Shown piece after piece: positions 51,201 to 64,000 of a stretch of DNA of 64,000 nt; the first letter of the stretch is position 1, and every line of letters begins with the position of its first letter. The stretch lies in contig OZ037768.1 of the NCBI GenBank assembly GCA_964035545.1, positions 1,364,001 to 1,428,000 on the forward strand, read 5' to 3'. The stretch comes from Bugula neritina. Lineage: Eukaryota > Animalia > Bryozoa. The notes under the pieces are model-generated. The model saw only the letters and a program-made list of their open reading frames with translations. It was not told where the DNA came from and searched no databases. The position numbers and the translations under genes were made by a program.

Positions 51201-54200
51201 TAGTGAGTGCATTGGGCAGAGAGATATTCATATCTGGAAATGTTTACCTCATCTGCCATGATGGAAAAATTAGACATTCTAAATAAAGTCACATGACTTT
51301 TAAACTACTTTCAAATAGGATTACCTTTTGACTTTTATAAGAGATTTTCAGAATTCAAACTGGTATTCAGCACGATATAGTTTGGGATTTATTAATAATA
51401 ACTGTCATGTGTGTGTAACTAGTTACGTCCTAAATAACGAACCGACATACACGCTACAGCTGTAGCAAAGATTAACGCAGCTAGTATGAAAGTAAAAATA
51501 AACTTGCTTTCAATTTAAAGAATGAATTTCAAATTATACTAAATAATAAAGTCAACATAAAGCCAATGAAAGTTTCAGACTATATAGCCTAGGGCCTACG
51601 CCATGTATACTCATAATGAGTAAGGTGTAAGAAAATAGGATTATAATATAATAGAGAAGACAACTCACCATCTGATATAGTGATACGCAGCATCTAGTCC
51701 ATAATACCTTGTACCCACCAGAGTACCCAGCTGATTGTGGGGCATCCCTAAACATGCCCAACAGGTTAATGTTTTATGTAGAATACAGGCTAATATTGCA
51801 TATGATAAGCTACAGGTAGTGTATATAGAATACAGACACAGTATATAGAATACAGACACAGTATATAGAATACATTATATAGAATACAGTATATAGAATA
51901 TAGTATATAGAATACAGTATATATAATACAGTATATAGAATACAGTATATATAATACAGTATATAGAATACAGTATATAGAATACATTATATAGAATACA
52001 GTATATAGAATACATTATATAGAATGCAGTATATAGAATACAGTATATAGAATACAGTATATAGAATACAGTATATATAGAATACAGTATATATAGAATA
52101 CAGTATATAGAATACAGTATATAGAATACAGTATATAGAATACAGTATATATAGAATACAGTATATATAGAATACAGTATATATAGAATACAGTATATAT
52201 AGAATACAGTATATAGAATACAGTGTATAGAATACAGTGTATAGAATACAGTATATAGAATACAGTATATATAATACAGTATATAGAATACAGTATATAG
52301 AATACATTATATAGAATACAGTATATAGAATACAGTGTATAGAATATAGTGTATAGAATACCGTTGTCAGGCTGGTAGTGTAGTGCCTGGTAGTAATATC
52401 GCTGAGCCAGCACCCAACTTCTGTTGCCGTCATATTCTTTCATGTAACGAGCTGAAACATTGGCCAGGATGATGTCAACATTCACTGCTATTACTAGACA
52501 CATTATAACATTACATACAACTTGCATATCAGCTGAGGTACTCAAGTATTGCTTGTATGGTCATACCCAAGTCCCCGAGATACACAAGGCATCGGTGGAT
52601 AGCCTTCTCGGCCCAGCTTAGTCCAGACGCAGCAGCCTGCTTACTGTTTCCTGCTTCAAACTCTACAAAATTATATCGAGGTCTACAATGAGGTCTACAG
52701 AATAGAGGCACACAATGAGGTCTACAGACTTCAAATAATAGCTAAAGACATCAGATAGAATATAAAGATAGGCAGACAGCTAAAATATAACTAAAAGAAT
52801 TGAGATACTAACTTGTTAAAAAAACACTACAAATTTAAAACTGTCAATAAACTATGTACACTCTCAGACTGACAGCGTGTGACATCAAATATAATGCGTA
52901 CCAACAGCACTGGAGTATCGCCGGTAGTAACAGTCAGTAACACTCTCGATACTCATCTTAAACTCGTACTGTATCCTGAATAGGAGGTGATTGTAGAACC
53001 CAGCGGCAGCCATTAGATGGGTCTGGTAGGACGTCACCAGATTCTTAGGCAGCTTTGTATTCTAGAACATTCCAAATATTTCATGTTACAGAAACCTACA
53101 CACTCTGCTGGTCAAATTGCCAGGTCATATTTTATTATGTCGCTGTATTTGTATCGTAGCAGATTATATTATACTATAAATTATATTACATAAATGCCTT
53201 GTATTGTATTAGAATATACTACAACACATGCTTCTAGTATGTATGTATGTGTGTGTATGTATGTGTGTATGTATGTATGTATGCATGTGTGTATGTATGT
53301 GTGTGTATGTATGTGTGTGTATGTATGTATGTGTGTATGTATGCGTGTGTGTATGTATGTATGTGTATGTATGTATGTATGTATGTATGTATGTATGTAT
53401 GTATGTATGTGTGTATGTATGTATGTATGTATGCATGTGTGTATGCATTTACATAATAAAGTAACGGACTTGTGAATAGAAACTAATATACTCTATTAAT
53501 TTGGTACCAATGCCATCTTTAAAAAACAACACATTTTTTCAAGACTTTCACATTCTACAGCTCTAGAAGTTTGTCAAACTTTCCTTATCTAAACTATCAA
53601 GACAGGAAACGAACTTAATATCAAAAATAACCTTCTTAATCTGTTTCATAGACTGAATCGGTTCATAGAAGACTTTCCGCCAGAGTAAATCTTCAGCCTT
53701 ACGTCCAAATTCCAAAGGGTCGTGAAACATCAGTCTCTCGCAATAGTCCTTCAGTCTGGAAAATATAATCTAATTAGCAATAAGTAGTAGTACAACTTGA
53801 TGGGATATGAAAAATTTAGTATGAAATTCAATAGCAGTGGTCTAGCCGTTAGATCATTGGCTTAGTAAACAAAAAGTCATTGGCTTGATCCCAGTAAAGG
53901 TAATTGGTGATGTTAGGAAGGGCATCCAGTCATAACTTCTCTTGTGCCACAGCAGAAAACGAGTCCTTAGGGCTTAGACCCTATTCCATCAGGGGTTCTC
54001 ACAGGGATAGCGTCCATAAACACACATGAGCTTTTATCTAGTAACAAGTTCCAGTAACTACTATTCATATTTGAAGCAAAAACATATAAAAACTCAGCGC
54101 AAACTAAACCTGTTTCGATAAAATATGGTCTCTGTTGAGAAGAGGTCTCTATTGGTGGATTTTCTTTTAGCTATATCATCCAAACTCTTCACCGTCTCCA

Positions 54201-54708
54201 TTGCATGCCTGCAAAAATCTCAATCTTAAACCTACAATTCTATGTCACAAAATCTGCAAAATACAAATAAATTTTAGAAATAGCTAGTTTCTTTCCAAAA
54301 AATAGGAAAATACAATACAACTGGACTAAAACTTTTCTAGTAAAACCAGTCAATTTGATTCGATTGTAAAATGCATAAAAATAACAAAAAGGTAATAAAA
54401 TTTGTTAGCTAATTACCGATCAATCTGAATTTACTGTTTAGATAGTATTTTGGTTCTTCTTTACTTAATTGAAACTCCATAGCAAATCGAAAATTTAATA
54501 TGGACTATTGAAACTTAGTTTTGGAGTTTACTTATTTATTTTTTATAGACCCAATAGTATCAGTTTAAAGTTTGTTTTTTACAAAATCAATAAAATTTAT
54601 TGACTAATTCAATTATTACACACATAAAGTGAAGGGGTCTATTTCAGTCTTAATTTAGTAGACTTACCGAAAAGCACGCCTAGCCTGGTCACTTGGTGTT
54701 CTTGACAT
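37969..54708 (-). CDS. SMG5: Nonsense-mediated decay factor SMG5 (EST1B; 14-3-3-like/TPR plus PIN)
   Basis: Exons include ~54668-54708 (MSRTPSDQARRAFR), ~54111-54208, ~53632-53755 (FGRKAEDLLWRKVFY), ~52902-53061 (THLMAAAGFY), ~52567-52662 (HRCLVYLGDL), 52362-~52452 (ARY..AQRYY), ~51669-51747 (GMPHNQLGTL), ~50810-51048, ~50343-50531, 49847-~50047, ~49330-49491, ~48931-49100, ~47151-47280, ~45401-45476, ~44944-45138, ~44322-44472 (RICCLRNFG), ~41854-41912 (MKDMAQLRLQ), ~41001-41157 (PYLVPDS), ~40553-40646, ~39966-40047, ~39623-39780, and last exon 37969-38036 (EFCSKWKEQW..*). Some middle exons are uncertain. Confidence 0.9.
38272..38458. repeat. 21-bp minisatellite (TATACCTGTGCTATACTGTAC), ~9 copies
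   Basis: Directly visible in the last SMG5 intron. Confidence 0.9.
39001..39165. repeat. 52-bp tandem repeat, ~3 copies
   Basis: AGCAGGT(A/G)CT recurs at 39001, 39053, 39105 and 39157. Confidence 0.85.
41158..41330 (-). repeat. 19/21-bp repeat carrying 8 full and 1 partial copies of the SMG5 acceptor TACTTTTTCTGTAG
   Basis: CTACAGAAAAAGTA at 41158, 41179, 41200, 41219, 41238, 41259, 41278, 41297, partial 41318. Confidence 0.93.
42128..42208. repeat. (TA)n microsatellite
   Basis: Directly visible. Confidence 0.95.
44810..44935. repeat. ~20-bp repeat (CAATGCTGYCTACAGTAYA) next to an SMG5 donor
   Basis: Directly visible. Confidence 0.85.
49516..49859 (-). repeat. 36-bp minisatellite (10 donor copies) spanning the SMG5 exon end plus donor: GTTATACTCTCTG|GTCAGTGTGRTGTGAGCTTCAAT
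   Basis: Directly visible; translates as (NVILSGQCGVSF)n in the SMG5 frame. Confidence 0.96.
51100..51180 (-). mobile_element. tRNA-like relic / SINE head (degenerate)
   Basis: Minus strand GACCCCTGTACTGTAATGGTTAGCACACCAGCTTGCAAGCCGGAGGTCTGGAGTTCGAATC has A and B boxes but no intact acceptor stem. Confidence 0.5.
51820..52361 (-). repeat. 14/16-bp minisatellite (GTATTCTATATACT) starting exactly at the SMG5 donor (G|GTATTC, 52361)
   Basis: Directly visible. Confidence 0.94.
53238..53446. repeat. (TATG/TGTG)n microsatellite
   Basis: Directly visible. Confidence 0.95.
53835..54025 (+). mobile_element. tRNA-Thr-derived SINE copy with AGGAAGGGCATCCAG central motif
   Basis: The head shares GTGGTCTAG..GTTAGA..TAGTAAACA.AAAGTCAT.GG.TTGA with the copy at 28343; the body motif resembles conserved metazoan SINE central domains (from recall, unverified). 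Confidence 0.6.
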
Positions 54709-57351
54709 TTCTATTTGAGTCTTTCAACTGAAAGTCGATCCTGGAAATTACATAAAATTATTATCATGATTAGTTAATTCAATGTAGTTATAATAATAAT
54801 AATTATGGTCAAAAGAGATACAATTTATTAATTGATGTATCCAAAATCAACAACTGTAATCTTTCAGATTCAGCAGTTTGTCAATACAAGTATCAAGTTT
54901 AGCACCAGAAGCAGAGAACATCAAATGTGTTAGTGGTGATGCTAGATCATGAAAGGCCGCTGGTACGTTCCATTGCTTTTATTATACAGAGAGTTTCCAA
55001 TTTACAAAATTAGTGCTACTAGTAGTACTTGTATTAGAGTTATTGTTTGATTAGAAATTGTAACAAGCCAACTGCCTAATGCACCTAATAGTAATACCAA
55101 GAGTAATACTGTGATAGTTTTGCGGGTTGGTAAAGTTAACTGGAGAACACAACTCCTTGCAGTTAAGAGAAAAAAGAGCAGATGATTTCCAGATATAGAT
55201 AGTACTTTATTGCAGCAGAAGAAAAGTGTAAAAGTCTTCATCAGTGGAGTGTCCTCGGCTAGCTCCAGTGGTAGACTGACTCTACACTGGTGAGCTCGCC
55301 TCCTTTTAGATTCTAAAACTGGGAGACAACTTCTGACCGAAATCGGATTTACAGAAGTGAACAAAGAAAAATAAACAAATAAACTACACCAAGAGTTTAA
55401 CTATAATAATAGCAATTAAGTCATTCAGAAAACTTCCCCAAGAGTTTAACAATGCAAATAGTTAACACATTCTAGCAATTTCCAGAACGTGACGATAAAT
55501 CCCAAAATCTACTACAATACTAAAGTTACTGTAAGCGTAAGTTAATAAATGAAAATTTTAACTCTGATGTTAATTTAAATATCATCATTAAAATCCAACT
55601 AAATGGCAAATTAATATTATTTACAATTTATTGCACTTGCAGCCATAATGACAATTTTGATTATATTAAATTTTCGACATATATCTAATTCTTAGTCTAT
55701 AATAATATTACGGTAAGTATATATTTATGTTATTTGAATTTTTACTAAAACATTAGCAATAAATTATCACAACGGTAAACATCATCATCATAATCACTCA
55801 ATTTATAATCACTATCAGCCTATGACTAGTCTAATACAGTAATAGTAATACTAATAATAATAATTATAATATTAATAATACTATCACTCAAACATAATTA
55901 TAATACTATCAGTATCACCATGAGTATGATAATGATACTCATACTATAATAGTATAACTATAACATTAAAAATAACTATAATTAGTACAACTACAAGTAC
56001 AACTACAAGTACAACTACAAGCATCGGTGTCAGTATGAGTATGACTATCACCATCACTATGACTATCACTAAGAGTAAGACTAAGACTAAGAGTAAGAGT
56101 AAGAGCATGAAGTATTGACTTTGAGTTATTCATAACCAGGCGTATTATTGCAGATATTTCTCACTAATAAAACACACATATATTTACATACTTTACTAAA
56201 GTTTCATCAACATCGCTCTAAAGAGCATTGTAACATGCCATTGACTCTCAGTAAAGACAAAAATGTATTAGCAGTGAACGCGAAGTTGTAGTTTATGTTT
56301 CAATCTAGAGACAATATTTATGTCGCAAAAGCTATCTTAGTGTCGTCACTTACTATGGTTGAGTAAATGTTTTATGTTAGACAAAAACTTACGTTACATT
56401 ATTATAAGAAACCGACCTGCAATATTATAAGCTAAAACTACACACATGTACCTCTTCGTAACGGTCAATGATAGCATCGAGAAACCGTAAAACATCTCAT
56501 TGGGATTTATTTCCCATTGAAAGATTCACATTCAGTTTCACCTACAGTTGGTGAATTACAGTGACACTCAGTGACTGATGGTTAATCTTTGTTACTAATA
56601 GTAATACTTCTTGCTAAATAGTTTGTAGTGGTGTTAAAGTTATTAAGTTTATTAGTATTACTATTAGCTTCAAAGTTCATGGGAGTTGAAAGTTTTGCAA
56701 TTTAAATTTTAACAAGTACAACAACTACAAGCCACAAGGAATATCAAATTCAATAGGTAAATAACTGAATAAGTATTAGTATAACATTAACTACGGTATA
56801 GTGATAGTTTATAAGTATAACTATAACTGAAATTTACTACTTAGGCTTATAGTAGAATCCTAAGAAATAACGATCATCATGCAGATCATCATCAGGTGAT
56901 CATGGTCATGATGATAGAAACTAATAGTAATACTAATAGTAATAATAAAATTAAATAACTATAATTATTAGATTAAGATTTAGTAACTATAAGCAAACAA
57001 TGTATTAGTCTAAGAGTAAAATCATGATCAGGCGATGATGATAGCATTTGCATTAAATGAAAATTAAATTAAATAATTATATAATAATTGACATAATGTT
57101 AATAGTTTCTTTTTTAAAACATTTTAAGCCACTTGCAGTTGTTATTCATATTGTTAAATAAAGTGAGTGGTATTTAAATTATTTTAATATTCATAAGTAT
57201 TGGTATATAATTATATATAAGTCTATCTTAATATACATTATATATAAATTGCTTTATTTGCTTTAGCTTATATTATGATATAAATTAATTAAATTTTGTC
57301 TGAATTGTTTTTACAGTTAGCCATTTTGCAGTCACAAAGTGAAAGAAGGCT

Positions 57352-59244
57352 ATGTTACCTGGAGTTGGAATATTTGGCACTGGGCCACTTGCAAAGGTAA
57401 TAGCAACTGTGTTGAAGGACTGTGGGTTTACAATTGCTGCTGTTTGGAGTCGAGCTTTAAAAGATGCTGAAATTTTTGCCAAAGAGTTGGATATTCCAAT
57501 ATACACAAACAAAGTTGATGGCCTGTTGCTGAAGCCGGAAGTAGGATGTGTTGTTATACTGTGTACTCCCCATCTCCAATCACCTATTGCTGTGAAAGCT
57601 CTGGGTATTGGTAAGCATGTTATTGCTACTTGGCCAGCAGGAACAAGTCAACTTGAGGTTCTCAAGATGGTGAAAGGCGCAACATACTACCCAAGCCTAT
57701 TGTCAATTATGTGCCACGGATTGCGGTTTCTTCCAGCTTATATAATCATGAAGCAGCAGATTTTATGGGGTAAAATTGGTGACTTACAATTGTTTGAAGT
57801 TCGAATACATCGACAGAAAAAAGCGGCCAAGTACAGCTGGCGATGTGATGGACTAATGGGGGGCGGGGCTTTGTCCTTGCACGGTAGTTACATCATTGAC
57901 ATCATCACATTTCTCTCTGACAAGAAGGCGCACTCTGTCAGCGGAATGGTAAAAACTTACGCCGAAGGTGGTGGTGATGTACAAGGTGTTCGTGAGGTTA
58001 CTTGTGATGACTTTTGCACGTTCCAGATGGAACTTGGCAGCGTGAGTGTGTCGTGTACTATAAACACTCACGTTGACAGCGAGCATTCACATGAGGTGAT
58101 TGCGGTAGGTTCAAAGGGTAAATTAGTTGTGAAAGATTTAGACTTGTATATCAAATTAAAAGATGAGGCAGCTGAGCGCCTTCTACATAAAGAGACGGTT
58201 GATGTTGATTCCAATCCTAAAACATCTTCAAGTATGACAGATGCTTTAGAAGTTGGTAGAGTTCCATTTACTATAGGTTAGTATCTGAATTTTCGTGAGA
58301 AGTGCTCTTTACCATTACATATTCAGGAAATCAGAAATGATGCTAATTTCATGCTTTGATTTGTAATTGTATTCCTTGCTAACGTAACAAATTCATACTA
58401 AGTATAACATTTTGCACCCTAAAGCATAGTACTATTATTTCACATGATTTTCTCTAAACAAATGCATTAATTCCATTTAATCCTTAAAAGTCCGTTAGTA
58501 TTTTGAATTTCTTGTATTATCAGATATACATGTATGATAAAAAACATATTCTCTATGCTATTTTTTAATATTTTTCTGATAAATGAATTGCGAGAGTATA
58601 AATGTTATCATAATGCTCTCTTTTTAGGCAGTTTTACTCTTTTACATAGTCACTAGAATGTATTTCTGCACATAACAATATGTTGCGTGAATGCATACGC
58701 TTTTCTTTATACAAAAATTGCTTTTATATAAATAAATTAGCATACTGTGTACTCTAATGGTGTCATCACATGATGTGTACTCTAATGATGTCACCACATA
58801 TTGTGTGCTCTAATGGTGTCATCACATAATGTGTACTCTAATGATGTCACCACATATTGTGTGCTCTAATAATGTCACCACATATTGTTAACTCTACTGA
58901 TGTCACCACATACTGTGTACTCTGGTGATGTCACCACATATTGTGTACTCTGGTGATGTCACCATATCTTGTGTATTCTGGTGATTATAGGGCTGGAGAA
59001 GACACTGAAGGCCATAGCAAATGCCTTCAAAGCTGTGGAAGATGTGCACGGCTGGAGTAGTGACCTAATTGCTGACAGGTCAACTTTCAACGATGCCTTG
59101 TATGTGCAAACAGTGATAGACTGTGTTAAAATATCCAGCAAGACCAAGCAGTGGGTTTCAGTGAACGTTCTGGAAGAAGAACCAGATCCAAACCCTCACT
59201 TGTCTTCAGCAGTCAGACGAAATGCTCTCAACTCTTTTTACTAG
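57352..59244 (+). CDS. GFOD1: Glucose-fructose oxidoreductase domain-containing protein (GFOD1/2)
   Basis: Exons 57352-58277 and 58991-59244 (phase 1): MLPGVGIFGTG...IAVKALGIGKHVI...HGLRFLPA...YSWRCDGLMGGGAL...DDFCTFQM...FNDALYVQTVID...EEEPDPNPHLSS. Confidence 0.93.
58746..58985. repeat. ~28-bp minisatellite (TGTGTACTCTAATGATGTCACCACATAT) running into the GFOD acceptor at 58990
   Basis: Directly visible; the last degenerate copy supplies the 3' splice region. Confidence 0.9.
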
Positions 59245-60767
59245 CTATTACCCATCTGTTACAATATGGAGGAGAAATTTGCGTAATGCTTACATACTGT
59301 TGGTACAGAGCTTTACTCCGGAGTAGCTGACGAGACTGTAACAGCAAAGATCTCAATGCTCAATTTGTACTTTGTAGTGTGGGTTCAGTCAGCCACAAAC
59401 TCATGTCTTTTATATAAGTTACTATATAGTTAACTGGTCTCCATGTTAAATCTCTTCAAATGTTGTCATAGATGCAGTGCCATTTCGTTTTTACAGCAGA
59501 ATATACTAAGTTTTATATTACATCATGGTTGCAATAGTTAATATATTCTAATAATTATTTTATAGTCATGTCTGTTGACCCGTGTATATAGTCTTCTATT
59601 TTCTAGTCTGGGTTATAAGTTCTATAATATTAGGAATAGTGAATGTACGTTTTGTCTTTATACTATCTAAATATAAATTTAGACGTTTTTAGTGTATTTT
59701 TGTTGCACAGTGGGATAAAAATTGCAAAAGAGCTAAGAGATACCACTTGGCACTTTCTAATGTTTAGTAATTCATCAGTTGGTATGGAAGGTAAATAGGA
59801 AATGGTCCTTTACATGATTAATGAGCTCAAACAAGAGAGTTACTAACTGGAGTTTAACGATTACAACCATTTTTTTCTTACACAGAATTGAAAGCAATTT
59901 TTAGCTGTGATTTCAAAATGAATTGCTAATAATATATTTCTTCATGCTTGGAACACTATATTTGATTTTTTCATATTTCCAATTATTTAAATCTAGCCTT
60001 CAGTATAACTATCACTTACAGCTTCATTACATTTTCGTTCATAAAATTGTATTATAACCAGAACATTGGTGCAAGTTTACCAAAAGGTGAGCTAAAAAGT
60101 TAGCAAACATGTGTTTAATAATTTTAAGTTTTATTGTATTGCTTAGCATCAAAAATATGCAAATAATATTTTCAAGTAGAGATGAAAAAGAACATATATA
60201 GGCAAGAGTCATCAATACAAACATTGAATAAATGTATCAACCACCAAGCAAACGGAAAATATGCACAGTATTTCTAAAAATGGTGGCTATAATGTAACGA
60301 AAATATAATTTATAACTATAAGACATGAGATTTATATTTGGGTATTGATAGTAAGAAAACCACACAGTAATTATGCAGTTGTGAAGGTGAAGCTGTTTTA
60401 TGAGGTGTCAAATAAAATATACGAAATAAAAATGAGATTTTGGGTATTAAAGACATAAACATTTGTATCTATGATTGAAGTAGTTGAAAATATCACCAAT
60501 AACTAACCACTGCAGCGATCAAATAAAACGCTATGACACGCTTACACTTGAAACAAAAGATAATAGCATAGATGTGGCACACAGCACAGGGTAGATACGA
60601 AATCACTAATGGCATACATTACAAATCTTATAGCCCAGACCCACAACATAAACCTAGCACTGCTTACATTAGTATAATCTACTTTTGAGATACATCATGA
60701 AAGTCAAAGGGTCTTGCTCTAAATATAAATAAAGTTGAACGAAGATTTTGGTAGACCAGATCTTGTG

Positions 60768-62282
60768 TTAGTCATCCTTACTGGCGGACTGAGGGTCCAC
60801 CCTGGCTACTTTAACCCGAGACGGGGCCACAGCATTCAACTTCCTCTCTTCTTTTGAGTCAGGCTCTTCGTCTGCGTTTGATTTGTTCTCCTGACTAGCA
60901 GAGGGCAGGAGACTGACCAATCCCTGAGGTTTGTCTGGTCTGTACTTTTTCAACATGTCTGGCTCGAAACCTGGATGTCGGCGGACATGTTTGCTGAGGT
61001 GGTCGCTCCTCATAAACCTCTTCTCACAGATGGGACAGATGAAGTTCTTTTCCCCTAAACATTCACATATAAGTTTCAATATGACTACAGACATTCTACC
61101 AGGGGAGATAAAGACTTGTCTGCTCACAAAGGTACAACACATATAAAACAAAAAGGATGAGAATGAGGATAAACACAGTACTTCACTGTTAGATGTATTC
61201 ATTCTGCTATTATATATGCATTGTGTTCAATTAGTAATAAAACTTAGTGGGCAGACAACTCACCAGTGTGTGTTCGGAAGTGTCTAGTTAGTTCATCAGA
61301 TCTGGCAAATTTCTTGTAACAATCTTTCCATCTGCAGGGAAAAGGTTTCTCTCCTGAAACACACAGCTTGATTGAAATAACATAGTTGTATGGTTTATTT
61401 TTACCACTATTACTACTATTACTACTATTACTACTATTGCTACTACTCTCAACTATATGTTCACTGAAAATACTCTCAACTCAATGTTTACTGATGATTA
61501 TCACACTGACCTGTATGGGCCCGAAGGTGGGCTTTGAGGTGAGACGATTTGCCGTAGCTGCGAGGACAATTGACATGAGGGCACTCAAACAGCTTCTTAG
61601 TTTTGCTGCGATCCAGTATTTCCTTGAGAGATTTGTGACGAATAGAACCAATATGCTTCATTTGAGTGAGAATAGCGGCAGCATACTGATCTGACACGAC
61701 ATCAGGGTTAGAGGGTGGAGAAGACGACTTGTGCACGGTAACTTGAGATTCTGGTGCTGCTGCGAAATAGTTGTGATCAACCAAATGTCGGGGTGGGTAT
61801 AAGAACCGCACGTAACGATCAGAACTTAGGAGTACAGAGTCACAAACAGAAGATACTTTATATGAACAGTCTGGCTGAGGTGATTCTATTCGTACTTTAT
61901 CAAGACTACAAATGGCTTCAGCTGCTAAATGTTTGTCAACTTTGTCGATGCTTTCAACATACTTAGTTCTTTTATCGAGATTGCATATGGCCTCCGCAGC
62001 GAGTTGAATATCGGCTTTGTCATCATCGTGGAGAGACTGATTGCTTTCATCTCCATTTACTTCCACCGTGCTGTCTGAGATTCCTACTGCAATTGGAGGT
62101 TGAAGCTCATCTCCAACTTTTTCACACTGTTCCAAGTCAACAGAATTGGATACGATACGATTTAATTGTGATTGTCGTGTATTATAAGAAGACTTTATAC
62201 TAGTTGACGATTCTGCCCCTGTACTGGCAGAATTTCTCTGTTTATCGTACAGCTTTTTCTTTTGTCTGGATTTATAAGGCAT
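60768..62282 (-). CDS. Kruppel-like factor, KLF9/13/14/16 (BTEB) subgroup
   Basis: Exons 61511-62282, 61264-61353, 60768-61054: three C2H2 fingers [65 protein letters not shown]. The ATG at 62282 lies just after an AG acceptor. Confidence 0.92.
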
Positions 62283-63261
62283 TCTAAAACAATTATTAAA
62301 CAAGTTACAAAATAATAAAATAAGACAACCCGAAATATGATTGAGCTTTGAAAAATAGTGAATAATTAGAGAACAGAAGTTAAATAGAAACGCCAACATT
62401 GTTTAGTTTGCTGATTAATTGGTTGATTGATAACATTACAAATTTACTAGCAAAAATTGTCAAAAAAATATTTATCTAGTGCAACCTATGACCACAATGA
62501 CTAATATTTAACAAAGTTTAACACTCATCAACAGAATAAATATTAATTGACTTCGGTTGAATTGACGTGTGTCTTGTAATTATCATAATATTATCCTGAA
62601 AATACAAAAACAATTTAATTTCAACAATAGCAAGTACTAAAAAAAGATTTATACCAAGTTGAAAACTCACTGTTATAAATTATAATAAACCAATTGGTGA
62701 ATCTACTATAACTTGAAGACTTGAACGTAACGGTAATGTTTAATTTAAGCCAAGTGGGTAAGGTGCTGTTGGTTTATGATAGCATCAATATTACTATGAA
62801 TATGTACTTTCAGCTTCATTAAAAATAAAAATTTGTGCCGCAGGTAAGTACTCAATCGCATGGTCATACTCATACTCATACTGATTACCAAATACAAAAT
62901 ATAATCTATGATAAAAGTTAGTCCAATAGAATCAAAATAGTATTCTTACTAAAACTGAATAAATTTCAAAAGTGAAGAGTAAAGCCAAAAAGCTGAAAGT
63001 TGAAGTCCAAGCGTAAACTAAAACTAAAAATAAAAGCAAACTGCAAAGGTGAAACTCAAACTGAAAGAGAGCCGCAAAATATTGCTATTCTTACCTTTTT
63101 CCTAACTTGAAGGAAAATATATTGAACTTCAACAAAATTAGAATCACCAAATTATATATACTACATAACAATATACTTTTTAAGAGAGATGAGAGGCGCT
63201 AATAATGCTTAACTTTTAGAGAATTTTAATTTCTTTGTCCATGCCAAACGATATGACTACC

Positions 63262-63325
63262 TCTAACCAAGATGGGCGTGATCAACAAGGGAACGAGTTT
63301 GCGCTGTAAACGTCATTGGTTTCTG
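63262..63325. promoter_or_regulatory. Putative KLF-gene promoter elements (CAAGATGG YY1-like, GGGCGTG GC/GT-box, CCAAT)
   Basis: Motifs cluster upstream of a minus-strand 5'UTR donor at ~63095; short motifs only. Confidence 0.35.
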
Positions 63326-64000
63326 CTGGCTCTTTAGACGACGAGGCTGTAATAAATCGACTTGTAACGTAGCCTAGCGTTCTAACGAAGAAATGTCACC
63401 AGCAGCTAAATATTTGTGAACTATACGTTGCAAAGCTTTCCGTGGCTTTATTGAGGATAGGCTCCTACTAGGAGTGTCGTGGCGGAACTGCTGGCTACAT
63501 CCACACAGATACTCGCACTGAACATTTTAATTTTATTGCTCATCCTCAGTGTGGTATATTAAGAGTGTTGACTTTAAACCATGAAAAATCATTATGTCGC
63601 TAATGGTACCGCAAGTTTATATACAGTGCTGTGAAAAAGTTTAAGGACGCTTGCAAAAATTTCTATGTATTTCTATGTATTGTTTAATAGGCATTTCTTG
63701 GAAGTTCTTAGTATTTTCCTGCAAGTTCTATATATCAAAATGACCCCTAGAATGTGCACTACAATTCCCACCATATAAATTCCTACTGCTGTGATGTTTT
63801 CTACCTATTTTCGGGCTAACTATACAAGCAGCTAGGAAAGCGCAACTCCTGTGTTTTTATGTTTCCAAAGTTTATCGTTTCTGATAATCACAAAAGGCTA
63901 AACAGTGAAATTTGACTTTGTACATGGCATCATGATACCATAAAGTATGACTTTCTTCCATAATTTAAAATCTGTCATTTAGTTGTAAGCTTTTACATGG

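Noticed and set aside
54417-54480. Alternative SMG5 first coding exon (MEFQLSKEEPK...)
   Set aside because: Its donor is phase 1, but the next exon requires phase 2.

Overview
AT-rich, intron-dense animal (invertebrate-like) genomic DNA, not prokaryotic. Most ORF-track entries are artefacts of intronic tandem repeats. By hand-splicing GT-AG exons I reconstruct seven protein genes: the 3' part of an SLC7 (LAT-type) amino-acid transporter (+), slingshot phosphatase SSH (+), ER lectin OS9 (-), groucho/TLE corepressor (-), NMD factor SMG5 (-), GFOD1/2 (+) and a KLF9/13-type zinc-finger factor (-). There is also one intact tRNA-Pro(TGG) and several tRNA-derived SINE-like relics. The most striking unexplained structure concerns the introns. 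Many are filled by their own private minisatellite whose unit contains the authentic splice donor, acceptor or branch point, giving arrays of 5 to ~34 identical decoy splice sites. These include an in-frame 36-nt donor ladder and a stop-generating acceptor ladder in SMG5, and a CAG|GT ratchet-like array in OS9. A second recurring pattern is a degenerate 3/6-bp-periodic (ACT/AGT/ATN) tract found specifically at gene 5' ends and first introns. Exon coordinates are manual and may be off by a few nt where marked ~.
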